A DNA stretch of 64,000 nt from Strigamia acuminata. Taxonomy: Eukaryota. Location of the stretch: assembly GCA_949358305.1 (NCBI GenBank), contig OX442314.1, positions 12,090,001-12,154,000 of the forward strand, in the 5' to 3' direction. Both the position numbers and the translations under genes were made by a program. Shown in pieces: positions 9,101 through 21,687 of the stretch. Below the pieces are notes generated by a model, which was not told the DNA's origin, ran no database searches, and saw only the letters and a program-made list of their open reading frames with translations. Position 1 is the stretch's first letter. Every line of letters starts with the position of its first letter.

Positions 9101-11351
9101 TATACAAATAAATAAAATATAAAAAAAGTCAACGTTGGTCCGTATTATTCCCTTCATGGCATTTTGGTTTTTTGTCAAATTGAATGCTTGGGACTAGTGC
9201 GGGTATGCGTGATATGTACCACTGATCAAACTGGCAGCACGAGAATAGCCGTTGGCCGACACGACCGACTCGTGATGGAATTTCCAATTTAATAAGTGAG
9301 TATGAAGGGGTGAGTCAGCATTAGGAGCAGAGGGTACGTGAAAAGGAGGAACGGCTGGACGTGCTAACGCTCAGGCTTCTTGCACTCCAAACAAAAAAAA
9401 ATTGGATCTCATTATTTGAATTTGCCATCGACTGCCATAAATCCAACTTAGGTAACGTCATTAGAGGCTACACGCCATTTCTTTTTAAATTTCTCAAGCA
9501 GAAGGAACCTCGAAATAAATAAAATAAAATAAAAAAAAAATTTGACAAAAAAAGAAGTGGAATTCAAAAAAGGTGGAAATTGTACTATGGCCTTCTTTCT
9601 CAGTGAAAGAAAGCGTGACTTTGCACTTGACTTTTTGAAAAGTTGGAAGGAGGAAAAAAAAGAGAAAGAGCAGAACGGAAATGGAGTGCTCGTTGCTCGC
9701 TCTCTGCCATCAGTGGAATTTCGGTTTGGAGGAGTGTGAGTGCAGGAATTAATCGCGCCTCGTCTAGATAAGAAGTTTGAATTTTTTCCCTCAAATCAAA
9801 TCTTTTTGTTCAAAACAGTCAAGTGCGAATAAAGGCGGAGGAAACGAGTTTGCCAATTGTGAATTGATGAGTGGTTTGCGCACCTTTCATCAACCACGAC
9901 AGTGATAGATGAAACACGAGCGCCGTACGCGGCTGCCAATCGCACGGCGACCGCTTCCCAAGGGCCAAATCGTGCGCTTACGAACACTTTAAGCCATTAC
10001 CGTCCTTCCACCGCCTTTTTTCGGTGACCAACACGAAATCAAGATGGGAAAAAGCGCGAAAAAAGATTTGAAAAAAACCGCAGGAATGGGAGTTGGGTCG
10101 GTACTCGGTGTGGAGCTAATTCGCTTCTCGGATTGACTTGACAGCGAGCGCTTCTTTTCTTACCTAGGGAGAAAAACTGAATAGGTGGTTTTCTTTATTC
10201 AACTTGGTTGGAGATGGGATTCGACGAGCCAATGTCCGTTTTCTCGATAAATTCGTTGATTTCAAATCCAATAAGTAGCTGCAAAGCACTGGAGGGCCTC
10301 GAGTGGCAGTCGAATAAAGAAGGCTGGTCGGGTTTGAGTTTGCTCGAAAAATTTCGGATTAAAGTGAGATGTATCCGCGTGTGTGGGGAATAAGGGAATA
10401 AATTGATTTATTAGGGCGGTAATTTAATCATTAATTAGTATCAAGCATCAATATCAAACGGGAAAAGTTGATCCGTTTTGATCATATATATTAAACAAGG
10501 TTTTCATTAACAAACACGACTTTTACACATTCATAACTTAAAACCAACGGCGCTTTCCACGTGACAGTGCACGCCCAAATCAACCTCACAATTTATAAGG
10601 ACGAAATTAGCCCGTCAAGGGGGCGGAAAAATTAATTTTGTAGCGGAAATTGGAATAATCGATAGTGGCACTGTCGACGTATGGTTCAAAAATACATGGA
10701 AATATGTATTGTAATGCATTTTGTAATACATTTTTGCGTGCTCTTGGTTTGCAAATAATACAAATACATTTTGGAATGCAATATATTGGTAAATAGGTTT
10801 TTTAACCGTACGGGAGGACGGAATTTGGTGGAAAATGAGTGGGTTTTGGGGCTTTTTTTTTCTTTTTCTTTTTTAATGTTTATTTGTTCAATTGGCATTC
10901 GCTCGCGAGAGTAAAACGAGACGAGGTTCATTACATTTTGGTTGTTTTTTATTTGTTTTTTTGTTCTTAGTTTTAATCATCTTTATTCTTTGGTGGAATT
11001 GTTATTGAACAAGTTGGATTGAAAGGTTAAAAGTCTAGTCGATACGGGTTGCGAGAAATGAGTGTGGGATTCTTTGGTGTGTAGAAGTTGGCATTGAGTA
11101 TCTCAGGTGAAGGTTGTCTTGTTGATGGCAGGTCAGCAATCGAGCTGGAGCGAGAGCGAGCGACTCCCATGCGGGAGGATGAGGATGAGAAAATGCTTTC
11201 AGCCAAATTAAACAGAGGAAGTTGGGAATTAAAAGATATAGAGCAATTTCTGCACTTTCATTCCGACATTTTAAAGAGTAAAATGCACTGGTTTTACAGA
11301 GTTATTGGCTCGGAAATTACTATTTAGGGACTGAAAAAGTTAACCAATTAA

Positions 11352-12205
11352 AATTTCGAAAGAAAAATTGGAATTTCGAATGAAAAGTTGAATTTTCGAA
11401 TGAAAAATTGGAATTTCGAATGAAAAATTGGAATTTCGAATGAAAAATTGGAATTTCGAATGAAAAATTGGAATTTCGAATGAAAAATTTGAATTTTGAA
11501 TGAAAAATTTGAATTTCGAATGAAAAATTGGAATTTCGAATGAAAAATTGGAATTTCGAATGAAAAATTGGAATTTCGAATGAAAAATTGGAATTTCGAA
11601 TGAAAAATTGGAATTTCGAATGAAAAATTGGAATTTCGAGTGAAAAATTGGAATTTCGAGTGAAAAATTGGAATTTCGAATGAAAAATTGGAATTTCGAA
11701 TGAAAAATTTGAATTTTGAATGAAAAATTTGAATTTCGGATGAAAAATTGGAATTTCGAGTGAAAAATTGGAATTTCGAGTGAAAAATTGGAATTTCGAA
11801 TGAAAAATTAGAATTTCGAATGAAAAATTAGAATTTCGAATGAAAAAATAAAATTTTTGAAGGTAAGACATGCGAATTTGGAGTGAAATCATGCGAATCT
11901 GGAGTGAAAACATGCGAATTTCGAATGAAAACGTGCGAATTTCGAATGAAAACGTGCGAATTTCGAATGAAAACGTGCGAATTTCGAATGAAAACATGCG
12001 AATTTCGAACGAAAACAAGCGATTTTGGAATGTAAAGATGCAATTTATGCGATTTTTGAATGTAAACATGCGATTTTTGCGATTTTTGAATGTAAACATG
12101 CGATTTTTGCGATTTTTGAATGTAAACATGCGATTTTTGCGATTTTTGAATGTAAACATGCGATTTTTGCGATTTTTGAATGTAAACATGCGATTTTTGC
12201 GATTT
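11352..12205. repeat. Compound minisatellite (20-, 21- and 30-bp units)
   Basis: TGAAAAATTGGAATTTCGAA x~25, then AAAACGTGCGAATTTCGAATG units, then GCGATTTTTGAATGTAAACATGCGATTTTT units. Confidence 0.95.
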
Positions 12206-13208
12206 AAAGATAAAGAATGCGAATTTTGATTGAAAACTTCCGCTTTCCAAAAGAATTCTATTCGGTTTTGTCCAGATTGTCTTTGTGCTTTCGTCAACCA
12301 CTCTCCTCAATTGATTTTTGCAATTTATTTTAATAACAAACATATTATTTGCGAGAAGTAAATCTATTAATGATTATTTCCTGCGCATCACTTATGCGCG
12401 ACAGTTGATTGGCATTTGTAGTCATTTGGTTTGTGTGCAAATGTCAAAGAGTTTCGCCAGCTCTTCTGAATCAGCAACTCCTTAAAAACAAGCATTCACA
12501 CTGTCAGCGATTCAAAATAAGATTTTTCTTCTCTCTCTTCTTTTTTTAACGGCTAAGTTAAAGGTTTAAATTTTCCTCGAGAATATACAGTTGTGGCTTT
12601 TAAATACTCAAAAAGTTCTTCATCCATTTCCTCTACTTATCCCCGAATTGCTCTTCTCCGCCCAACTAAGTGTGAATTACAAATGACAGTGTGCCTGCAA
12701 AAAGCGACCGCCCGCAGTTTTTATTGTTGTAAAATGTAAAGAAAAAGAAAACAGAGGAAAAAAGAGAAGAAAAGACGCGACGAGAGAGCGTGTTGTGTCG
12801 TCCTGGTAACAGATGGTGATAAATGCTTTAAAAACCACAAAGCTGAAAACTCGGGTAACACGAAACATGTCATGTTCAACTTCGCACGCAAATATTATTT
12901 CCAAAACGCTGTGCTAATAAATCCGTTAGCGACCACCTCAATTTGCCTTCAAACCGAGCGGAGATAAATAAAAAATAAAAATATTTATTTATTTTTTTTT
13001 TTTATAAAACAGGAAATGTGAAAAATGTGCAGATTGAATTAATTCTCCATTTATCTATCTATTCCTTATCTGCAGAATGATGCCGTCCGGCTGATGCCAT
13101 GATTTGCTTTTTTCTTTAATGGATCGGGTGGCGAGCTTTCGCGACGCTTTTCCCTGGCCTGCTGAACTGCTCCTATTTTGATGGTTCCGTGCTCCCAATG
13201 ACGTCAGC

Positions 13209-15234
13209 ATGGATGCTCCTACTGCTATGACAGAGTCTTTTAACGAATTGAATGGAACGTCGAGTCCACAGACCAACCATTTCTCCATTTACGAGGTAAA
13301 GAGTATATACAAATAATGTAAAGTGGCGAAGGTGGATGTGTTGTTTATTTGTTTGATTGCAGGTGGTGGGTATCTCTATAGTGGCGGGTTTCTTAAGCGT
13401 GGTCACCGTGGTGGGAAACCTGATGGTGATGATCTCGTTTCAAATGGACAAACAACTGCAAACGATTAGTAACTACTTCTTGCTCAGCTTGGCAATCGCC
13501 GATTTCGCAATTGGTCTCATCTCGATGCCGCTCTTCACCATGTACACTGTCCTCGGCTCGTGGGTGCTCGGCTCGAGCATCTGCGACACGTGGCTCGCGC
13601 TAGATTATCTGATGAGCAACGCTTCCGTTCTCAACCTGCTCATCATCAGCTTCGACCGCTATTTTTCCGTCACGCGGCCGCTCACGTACCGAGCGCGCCG
13701 CACCACGCGCCGCGCAATCTGCATGATCGCCAGCGCCTGGATCATCTCCCTCATCCTCTGGCCGCCGTGGATATACGCGTGGCCGTACATTGAGGGGCGA
13801 CGCTCCGTGCCGGACAACGAGTGCTACATCCAGTTCCTCGAGACGAACCTCTACATCACGTTCGGCACGGCCGTCGCCGCCTTCTACCTACCCGTCACGG
13901 TCATGATCATCCTCTATTGGCGCATCTGGCGCGAGACGGAGAAGCGGCAGAAAGACCTGACCAATCTCCAAGCGGGCAAGAAGGAGAACAGCAAACGGTC
14001 AACGTCCAGCGACGAGATCATGCACGACACGACCGAAGGAGGCAAGACGACTACGACCACGACCGCCACCACGACCACCACGACCATGACGAGCGTCACC
14101 TCCGCCTCAGCCGCCGCCGCCGCCGTCGAGTGGAAGCGCGCGCGCAGCGACTCCTCCGCCGCCGTCGACGACCAGCTCGAGACGACTTACGTACCGACGG
14201 CCATGTGCATCGAGAACCCGCGCTACCTCAAAGTGCCGGGCCGCACGAAAAGACGCACGTGGCGCCACGTGTTCAGCGCGTGCGTGCGCAGTCTTCGCAT
14301 CGATCGCGACACCGACGCGGCCGAAGAGGACAGTACGAGCGAGGCCGGCCACGGCTCCCCGGGGAACACGACCCCCGCGTCGGCCGAGACGCCCGTGCAG
14401 ACGTCCGTGTCTCGGTGCACGTCGCTCAACCTACGGGCCGACCCGTTCGCCGCTGCTCAACCGTCCTCGCGTGCGTCGCGCGACGTGCCCCGGGTCGACT
14501 CCATGATCCCGCTCATCGAGCGCGGCGCCCCGGCCACCGCCGCCACGGCAACCGCCACGGCGCGGGCTCCCCAGCAGCAGCCTCGCTCGCAGTCTTCCGA
14601 TTCGGTCTACACGATCCTCATCCGATTCCCCACCGAGTCGTCGCTGGATTGCGGTGCTCAGCCATCCATCAAGATGATCACCGAGGAGGACGGCCAGGGC
14701 CTGCCCGACGAGCACCTCTCCACCTGCCGACCCCTGGCGCTCGAAAGCCCGTGTTTGCGTCGCTCCGACAGCCGTCAGAGCGACGTGGGCGTGCACCCGC
14801 CCTGCACGACGCCGTCGCGCCGCATGTCGCAGCCCCCCGAACAGATCAAGCTGCCGCTCAACACGAAACTCGTGCCGAAGCAGGTGCTCGCCAAAGCCGC
14901 TCCGCCGCCGAAGAAGAAGCCCAAGAAGAAGAGTCAGGAGCGCAAACAGGACCGCAAGGCGGCCAAGACGCTTTCCGCCATTTTGCTCGCGTTCATCATC
15001 ACGTGGACGCCCTACAATGTTTTCGTGCTCATCCGGACGTTATCGGGTTGCCACGACGAGTGCATTTCCAAGGAATTGTGGGACTTTTCTTACTATTTGT
15101 GTTACATCAACAGCACGGTCAACCCGCTGTGCTACGCGCTCTGCAATGCGTCCTTCCGAAGGACTTATATTCGTATCCTCAGATGTAAGTGGCACACGAA
15201 AAAGCGCAATCCCAACCGGGGCTACTACAATTGA
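13209..15234 (+). CDS. mAChR-A: Muscarinic acetylcholine receptor, A-type (exons 13209-13295, 13363-15234)
   Basis: GPCR motifs GNLMV, LAIADFAIG, CDTWLALDY..SNAS, SFDRYFSVTRPLTYRARRT, AAKTLSAILLAFIITWTPYN, YLCYINSTVNPLCYALCN. A GT-AG intron 13296-13362 joins an N-terminal exon carrying an NGT glycosylation site. Confidence 0.95.
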
Positions 15235-17973
15235 ATATTGCACATCGAATATTGCAAATTGGAATATTGAAAAAATTGAAAAAATTGAAAAAATTGAAAA
15301 ATTGAATTGTCTAATTATTTCAACAGGGGCCGGACCCCGCACTTATTAATTAATAACGACAAAATCCCTTTTCAAACTCGTCTTTATCCCGGATGCAAGT
15401 GGATGCCTTACACTCATTTCTGCTACAGAGTGTCCGTTTTGTCTCTTTGCTCATCTGGGGTTATGGGAGGGGAAAAGGAAAATGGAAAATGGAAAATGAA
15501 CAAATAAATATTTAAGAAAAAAAATATAAAACAGAAAAATAATGTGGTGCCAAATTGTTATTATTATTAAGTATTATTGTTTTTTTTTTGTTTGTTTTTT
15601 TTACAAGTTTTTTTTAAATTGTGTTAAGTGGAATAATACAAGTTGTGAATTGCATGGTTGTACTTGCTCAAAAGTACTCTCGATACGAGTTGAGTAAATT
15701 AACTGTTGCTTGGTTTTGATTCAAGAACGTTGGACTCGTTATTTTGCAAGATTTACATAAAGTGATGTTTCACATGCTCTTCGCAACATATCCTTTGCTT
15801 TTGCATTTTATTTCTTTTTCTTTTTCTCTTTTTTCCTTCTTTGATTTGATTTATAAAGGTAAAAAGAAGCATCTGCTGCTGCTGCTGCTGCAGACAATCT
15901 GCAAATCCAGTTTGGTTTGCGGTTTCAATTTCTACGTATATTCAAAAATACAAATCATACTTCATATACGAACGAATACATTTGTAACGAGTAAATGAAC
16001 TTTCTCTCTTTCTCTCTAGGTTAGCGTTAGGCTTATTCTCCGTAACAGTTTCATCAAGTAAACTTTGATTTACACAATAAATGCCATCTTTATTTTTATT
16101 CGTTTATTTATTTTTTTTTATCATTTTCCACCAGATGGTGAGATGATTTTTCATTCTTTTTAGAATAATTCCATACGATTCAAATTAATTAAATGCAGTG
16201 GTTGTTTTAGGCTGCTTGTGGCAAATGTGCAATTTTTCCCCCATATCAGGCCATATGGTGAATAATTCATGAAAACATTTGTGTAAAATAATCCCAATTT
16301 TTTGCGTGGAAGAAGGAATCCATTATCGGATAACAGAGGTAATTATTATCTGTTTTTAAGAAAAGCTCTTTATCTGATTGAAATATAAAGCAGTTGTGAT
16401 TCACATGCACTGCCATTAGCCCAAGAAGCGAGGTAACTGCGATTTTTATACTTTTATACTTTATATTTCTATTTTTTTGTTGACATAACCTGAAGAGATG
16501 GTTCATTTACTTTTCATGATAAGAAATTAAGTCGAAAAAATTATTTTCCCACTTCCGGAAAGTCGGAAATGAGACGTAATAAAGAGAATAACGAAATAAA
16601 AAATAAATAAAAATAAATAAAAACAAAAGTACCAGTCTGGTGTCTTATGCATTTCAGTTGAATGGTGTAATAAAACATTTTCCTTATAATTAATTACTAC
16701 TGGTTTTAATACCCCATAGTTGTGTGACATTTTTTGTGTCTTTTGTGTTGTGTAATCTTGTACCTGTGAAAACCGACCAACAAAAACTTTTATACAACAA
16801 CCTTAAACGATTTTTGTGGCGTGTGTCAATTCTCATTTTACAAATTACAATAATGTATTAGCCTCGTGCTTTGGCTGGCTGCTACCTTAGAATCTTTTGC
16901 TCCTCCATTTTTAATATTTGTATAAATAACTTATGTACATTTTAAAAACGAGAATAAGTTTGACATTTAAATTTTTTCGTTTAAAGTTTGATATTTTATT
17001 GCTGTTTCGAATGGAAAATATGACCGAGAAACAAATTGTGCATCGGAAAAATGTATTTCAACATGATGGCAGTGTGGTGGCATCCGGAAGATGAAATCGT
17101 TGACAATTTACGAAGTCTTGAGAGGAAACCATTTGCCAGCATTGTCCGTTATTTCCACCAACTTCTAAATAAAATAAACATCCGCCATGACAGTTATTAC
17201 TTTTTTTTTTTGCTTGTTTTGTTTCTGGTTTTATCAATTTCTGTCTTGTTTTTCGGTGCCGGGGTCGCGCAGGTTTTCAAAAGACTAAAATTTAAAAATT
17301 TGGTTTTGTTTTTTTTTGTTTTTTTTTGTTTTTTTTTTTTTAAAATAAAATAAAATAAAGAAATGAAACTGCCAAATCAATTTGTTATATTTAAATGATG
17401 TGTTTTGAAATCTGTAGACCCTAATTTTTATTTAAATTAATTTAAAAAAAAAAAAAATAGGTATTGCCAAAGATATTTCCCACCTGCCGTGCTCAAATTA
17501 TCATAGTAGTGTTTTAGAATTATTATTAGGCCATTGTATATCTTGTAAATAGAAAATACAGTTGGCATACCACAGTAAAAAAAATAAATAAATAAAAAAA
17601 TTGATGAAAAAAAAAATCCCTAGTCCACGATGTGCAATTTACAATGTTTGTTATTAATTTTCCATTTCCTTAGCGAACAAAAATTTGTGTTAAAGTTGTT
17701 TTTTAAAACCAATTTATGTGAATATTTTTTTGGAGGTCAGTTGGTTTTAAAGTAAAAAGTTCAATGATGAAAGAAGTAAAAAAAAAAAATTTTTTAAAAT
17801 GTGACAAAAATTGTGCCAAGGAAAATAATAGCTATGGTAGGAATGTGTAAAAAAAAGTTCCATGTGCTGATGAAAGATAATTAAAATGATTGAATAGTAA
17901 ATTTGCTTCTTTTTTTTTTCTTTTTTATTATTCAACGAAAGAAATACAATTTTTCATTTTTTAATTTGAATAA

Positions 17974-18056
17974 TTTAAAACATTTCGTTAATAATAATTC
18001 AGAGAATTCCTGCAAATTGAAATGCTTTACGAAATTCTCGTCATTGTCGTTTTAAA
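17974..18056 (-). promoter_or_regulatory. SECIS element (type II) in the GPx 3' UTR
   Basis: Minus strand reads AUGA-C-GAGAAUUUC-GU-AAA-GCA-UUUCAAUU-UGC-A-GGAAUUCUC-U-GA-A. This gives the GA-quartet core, a 9-bp helix 2, an AAA bulge and an apical mini-stem. The lower helix is UUUAAAAC/GUUUUAAA. Confidence 0.9.
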
Positions 18057-18087
18057 TCGATTCAAATTTCGAAAAAAGAAAATTAAA

Positions 18088-19116
18088 CTATCCACATATG
18101 GCTTTTATAGCCGAAATAACATTAATAGTTTCGAATTTCTTGCTGTATCTTATGTACGGTTTGCCGGTTTGACCCACGACGAATTTCTCGAAATTCCAGG
18201 AAATATCGGAACGGGAAACCGGAGACCAAGTGATGAACTTTGGATCATTCATAAACGAAATTGCGTCGTCATGCGGGAAAGGAAGATGATGTTTCAAGAA
18301 CTTGAAAAAAAAAAAAATTAAATACCTTGAATTTAAATTTTAAATTTAAATTTTTTTATTTTTTTTAATAACTTTAAATTTTGATTTTACTTGAAAAACC
18401 GGATGCGTATTGCTTCCATTCACTTCAACTTTGGAAAATAATTCAAAAATTGGTTCGAAGCCGCGGCCTGGGCGAACGTAGCGTAAACTATTGAGGATTT
18501 CATCGTCATTGGTGTTTTCCTGCCAATCACAAGTCAAAAGGTTGTAAATTTATTTTAGGTGAATTTTTAAAACCTCCTTTGAGGATTTGAAACCATTTAT
18601 TAAACTTAAATTTACCTGATGTCCGAATTGATTGCAGGGAAATCCGAGTACTGCGAGTCTGGAGCTCCCCACATGGTTATACAATTCATTCATTTGCGTG
18701 AAATCCCGTGTTGTTGTTCCTCACAAGGAAGCCACGTTTTCGATCAACACAACTTTGCCTTTGTACTTAGAAAACTGAACCATTTCACCTGCGAAATTTT
18801 ATTTTAAAAATCGAAATGAATTCCTAATTTATTTAAATCTCCTAGAAATCAACGACATCTATCGGTTTAAATTGACATTAAAATATCGATTTATTTGATT
18901 TTTTAGGAGTTATTTTAAATAAAGTTGATTCGAAATCCAACGAGCTATGTTAATTCGATTCATTTTCGTGCAAGTCCTGCAATTCCCCATGCAATTGCAC
19001 CTGGCTTGAGACGTAACTTGAATAATGGATGTTTATAACGATAAACCAGCAGCGAAGATGTTAACTTTACCTTTCAAGTTTTTCGCCGATAGCGAGTAAA
19101 AGTCGGTCGAATCCAT
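18088..19116 (-). CDS. GPx: Selenocysteine-containing glutathione peroxidase (GPx1/2-like), ~186 aa; exons 19116-19071, 18788-18616, 18519-18391, 18300-18088
   Basis: The spliced frame gives [12 protein letters not shown](TGA 18721-18723)[38 protein letters not shown] and DISWNFEKF. All introns are GT-AG and phase-consistent, and a SECIS lies downstream. Confidence 0.95.
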
Positions 19117-19569
19117 GGATAAATACTTTGGCAAGTTAATCCGGCAGGTGTTGAAAGGTAAAGTAAGAGGCAATAATTGCTGGACACGGATTAACGACTG
19201 CATTTTATAAGTCCGCGTGTAATGACGCGTGGATGAGTCGATTTAACTGCTTTCCCTTGCAGCTCTGCTCCGATTTGTGCATTCGACGGCGCAATTCCAG
19301 CGCGGGAAAAAACAAACAAGTCATCATAATTATTCATCGTCATACCGTTGCAATTTCAAATGTGCAAATCTGAATATCAACGCGATTTAATTATCCGGGA
19401 ATCTTGTGGAGCTGGACATTCAATTTGCATAAATGACTTTGACAAGATTTGAAAATTTCTAAAGAGATTAAATTGGATGAATTAATTCGGCCGAAATCAC
19501 AGCAGAAATTAATGAGTAAGAAAGCCCATATAATTTCAAATTATCAAAAATCTTGACAAAATAATTTAT

Positions 19570-21687
19570 TTACACAGAAGTATCGTTTTCTTGACATTTA
19601 CATAAAGGAAAGTTACAACAGCGCTGCAACCATGGCCGCCATAACGCATTCAGGATCGTAAACTGAGATGGCGGAATGTGCGTTTGCTGCTTATGCGCCG
19701 CCACCGCCTCTTTAACCGTGTTCAATATTTCCTAAATTGAATTAAATATCATGTTCAAGCATCCACTTGAATTTTAATCGACTGGTTATTAACTTACTAG
19801 GTACTTGGGACTGCTAGTGGCAAGAGGCTGCGATTCACTCGGGTCTGAAATGACGTTGTAAACGAGTGGAATTTGCAAAAATTCGCCGGCAGTACGACAC
19901 AAATAACTGCAAACAGGCGTGTAAAAATGCACTTTCCAAACGTACTCTTCTATAAAAGCCAAGAAATAATGACAAATTTAATTGTAGGTTTCGTATATTG
20001 AATTATTGACCGTTCTGGACGAATCGCACGGCGTGGATCTCGTCGTGCGAGCCGTAATGGAAGAGAAACTTGTGCGGCGATGAAGTGTTAGTGGCATCTA
20101 ACAAGTGACTCAGGTCGTGACCATCCAATTCGAGATGTTTTGGCGTTTGGATGCCGCTTAAAGTCAACACCGTTGGAAAGATATCCATCAAACTCGTCGG
20201 AGCGTGAACCGCGCTATTAGCGGGCAAATGTCCCGGCCACGAGATAATAGTGGGCACTCGCAGACCCCCTTCCATGCCGTACATGGATTTTCCTCCTGTT
20301 TTCGCTTCGGTTAAATTAACTGGATTAAAATTCGACTCGGATGCGAGTTACCGTACCAGAAAAAGGCTGGTTACAGCCTCCTTCGTCCAGATGCGCTCCG
20401 TGGTCAGAGGTGAAGAGGATTACTGTGTTTTCTTGTAAACCGAGCTCTTTGACCGTGTCCATTACTTTCCCAACTGCCCAATCCATTTCCCGAATGGCGT
20501 CGCCGTATATTCCGTGAGGACCCGAGTTTTTGAACTCGTCTTCCACGTCCAGGGCCACGTGCACGTGACTGAAACTGAGGAAAAGCTAGAAGAACGAATT
20601 AATTAAATTAAATTCACTTTGTTGCGTGTAAAACTGATTTCATTTAAATTTTAAATGATATTAATGTTGATGGAGCCATTTTTCCAGTGGCTAATTGAAT
20701 TTTTAAGCTTTTTCAAACTTCTACGTCACGTCACGTACCAAAAACGGATTTTTATTCGCGTTCTGCGCTCGCATGAAACCCAAACTCTCCTTAACCAATC
20801 GCGTGCTGAGTGTTTTCAATATAATCGGTTGCTCCACCACTACATCGTCCCTCATGATCATGCTATTCAACGGTTTGTTCATGACTATTGTGAAATAGAG
20901 AAAGGCAGGTATCCCGACGCCCGAGACGGCGATCAAGATCGAGAGCGCCCGCGCCCCGAGACGCCAGAGCGCGACTGCTGCGAGAAAACTGACGAATGCA
21001 ATTGACACGAAGCTGGTGAACAAGTGCGGGTAAATGAGCACGGCAGTGTAAACTCCATTTTCGTCGCCGTACTCGAGTTGATTGGTTAATGGGATCCCGT
21101 AGAAGTAGTGGAAGCCGTGCGCGTGCGGATGGTGGCATTTGTCGCCGTGCCAATTACAGTCGAGGCCTTGGTGCCATTTACCTGCAAATTATGAGCATGA
21201 AAACATCTCGCAGAGCTTTAATCGCGCGCCGTTTCATTCACGTGCCAATGACAGACGTCGCGTAGCCATTTTGCTGGAGGATCTTGGCGAAAGTGATTTC
21301 GGACTGCGGCAAGCCGATGTTGGACGCCACGTTGGGAATGACCGGTATGTTATTGCCCATTAAGCCTGAAATTGAACAAAGTGTGATGTTAATTTGTATT
21401 GTATTTGTTTGTGAAGCCGGACCGTAGCGAATTGGATGTCTTCCGGTGAGAAAAGCTGAGCGGCTGGGAGTGCAAATGGCCGAAGCTGCGACCGTGTGGG
21501 TTAATCGGACGCCTTGAGTCGCCAGGTGATCGATGTTGGGGGTTGTCAGCGTTTTATTGCCGAAACAAGAGATTTCGCCGTAGCCTAAGTCGTCCGCCAT
21601 GAGGAGAATGAAGTTTGGTTTTTGGATGTTTGGAGTTGAAGGCGTGGATTGAAGGAGTAAATAAGTGAGGAGGACGAGGAACTTCAT
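19570..21687 (-). CDS. Steryl-sulfatase/arylsulfatase (STS/ARSD-F-like), multi-exon
   Basis: Signal peptide, PNFILLMADDLGYG, the formylglycine motif CTPSRSAFLTGR, GKWHQG, a two-TM hairpin, FTSDHG, EGGLRVP and a C-terminal CCNFPLCKC. Stop TAA at 19570-19572. Confidence 0.92.

Noticed and set aside
11320..12343. 325-aa and 171-aa repetitive ORFs
   Set aside because: Translations of stop-poor minisatellites.
13821..15188. 455-aa alternative-frame ORF overlapping mAChR-A
   Set aside because: Expected by-product of very high GC3 in this exon; R/H/P-rich and without motifs.
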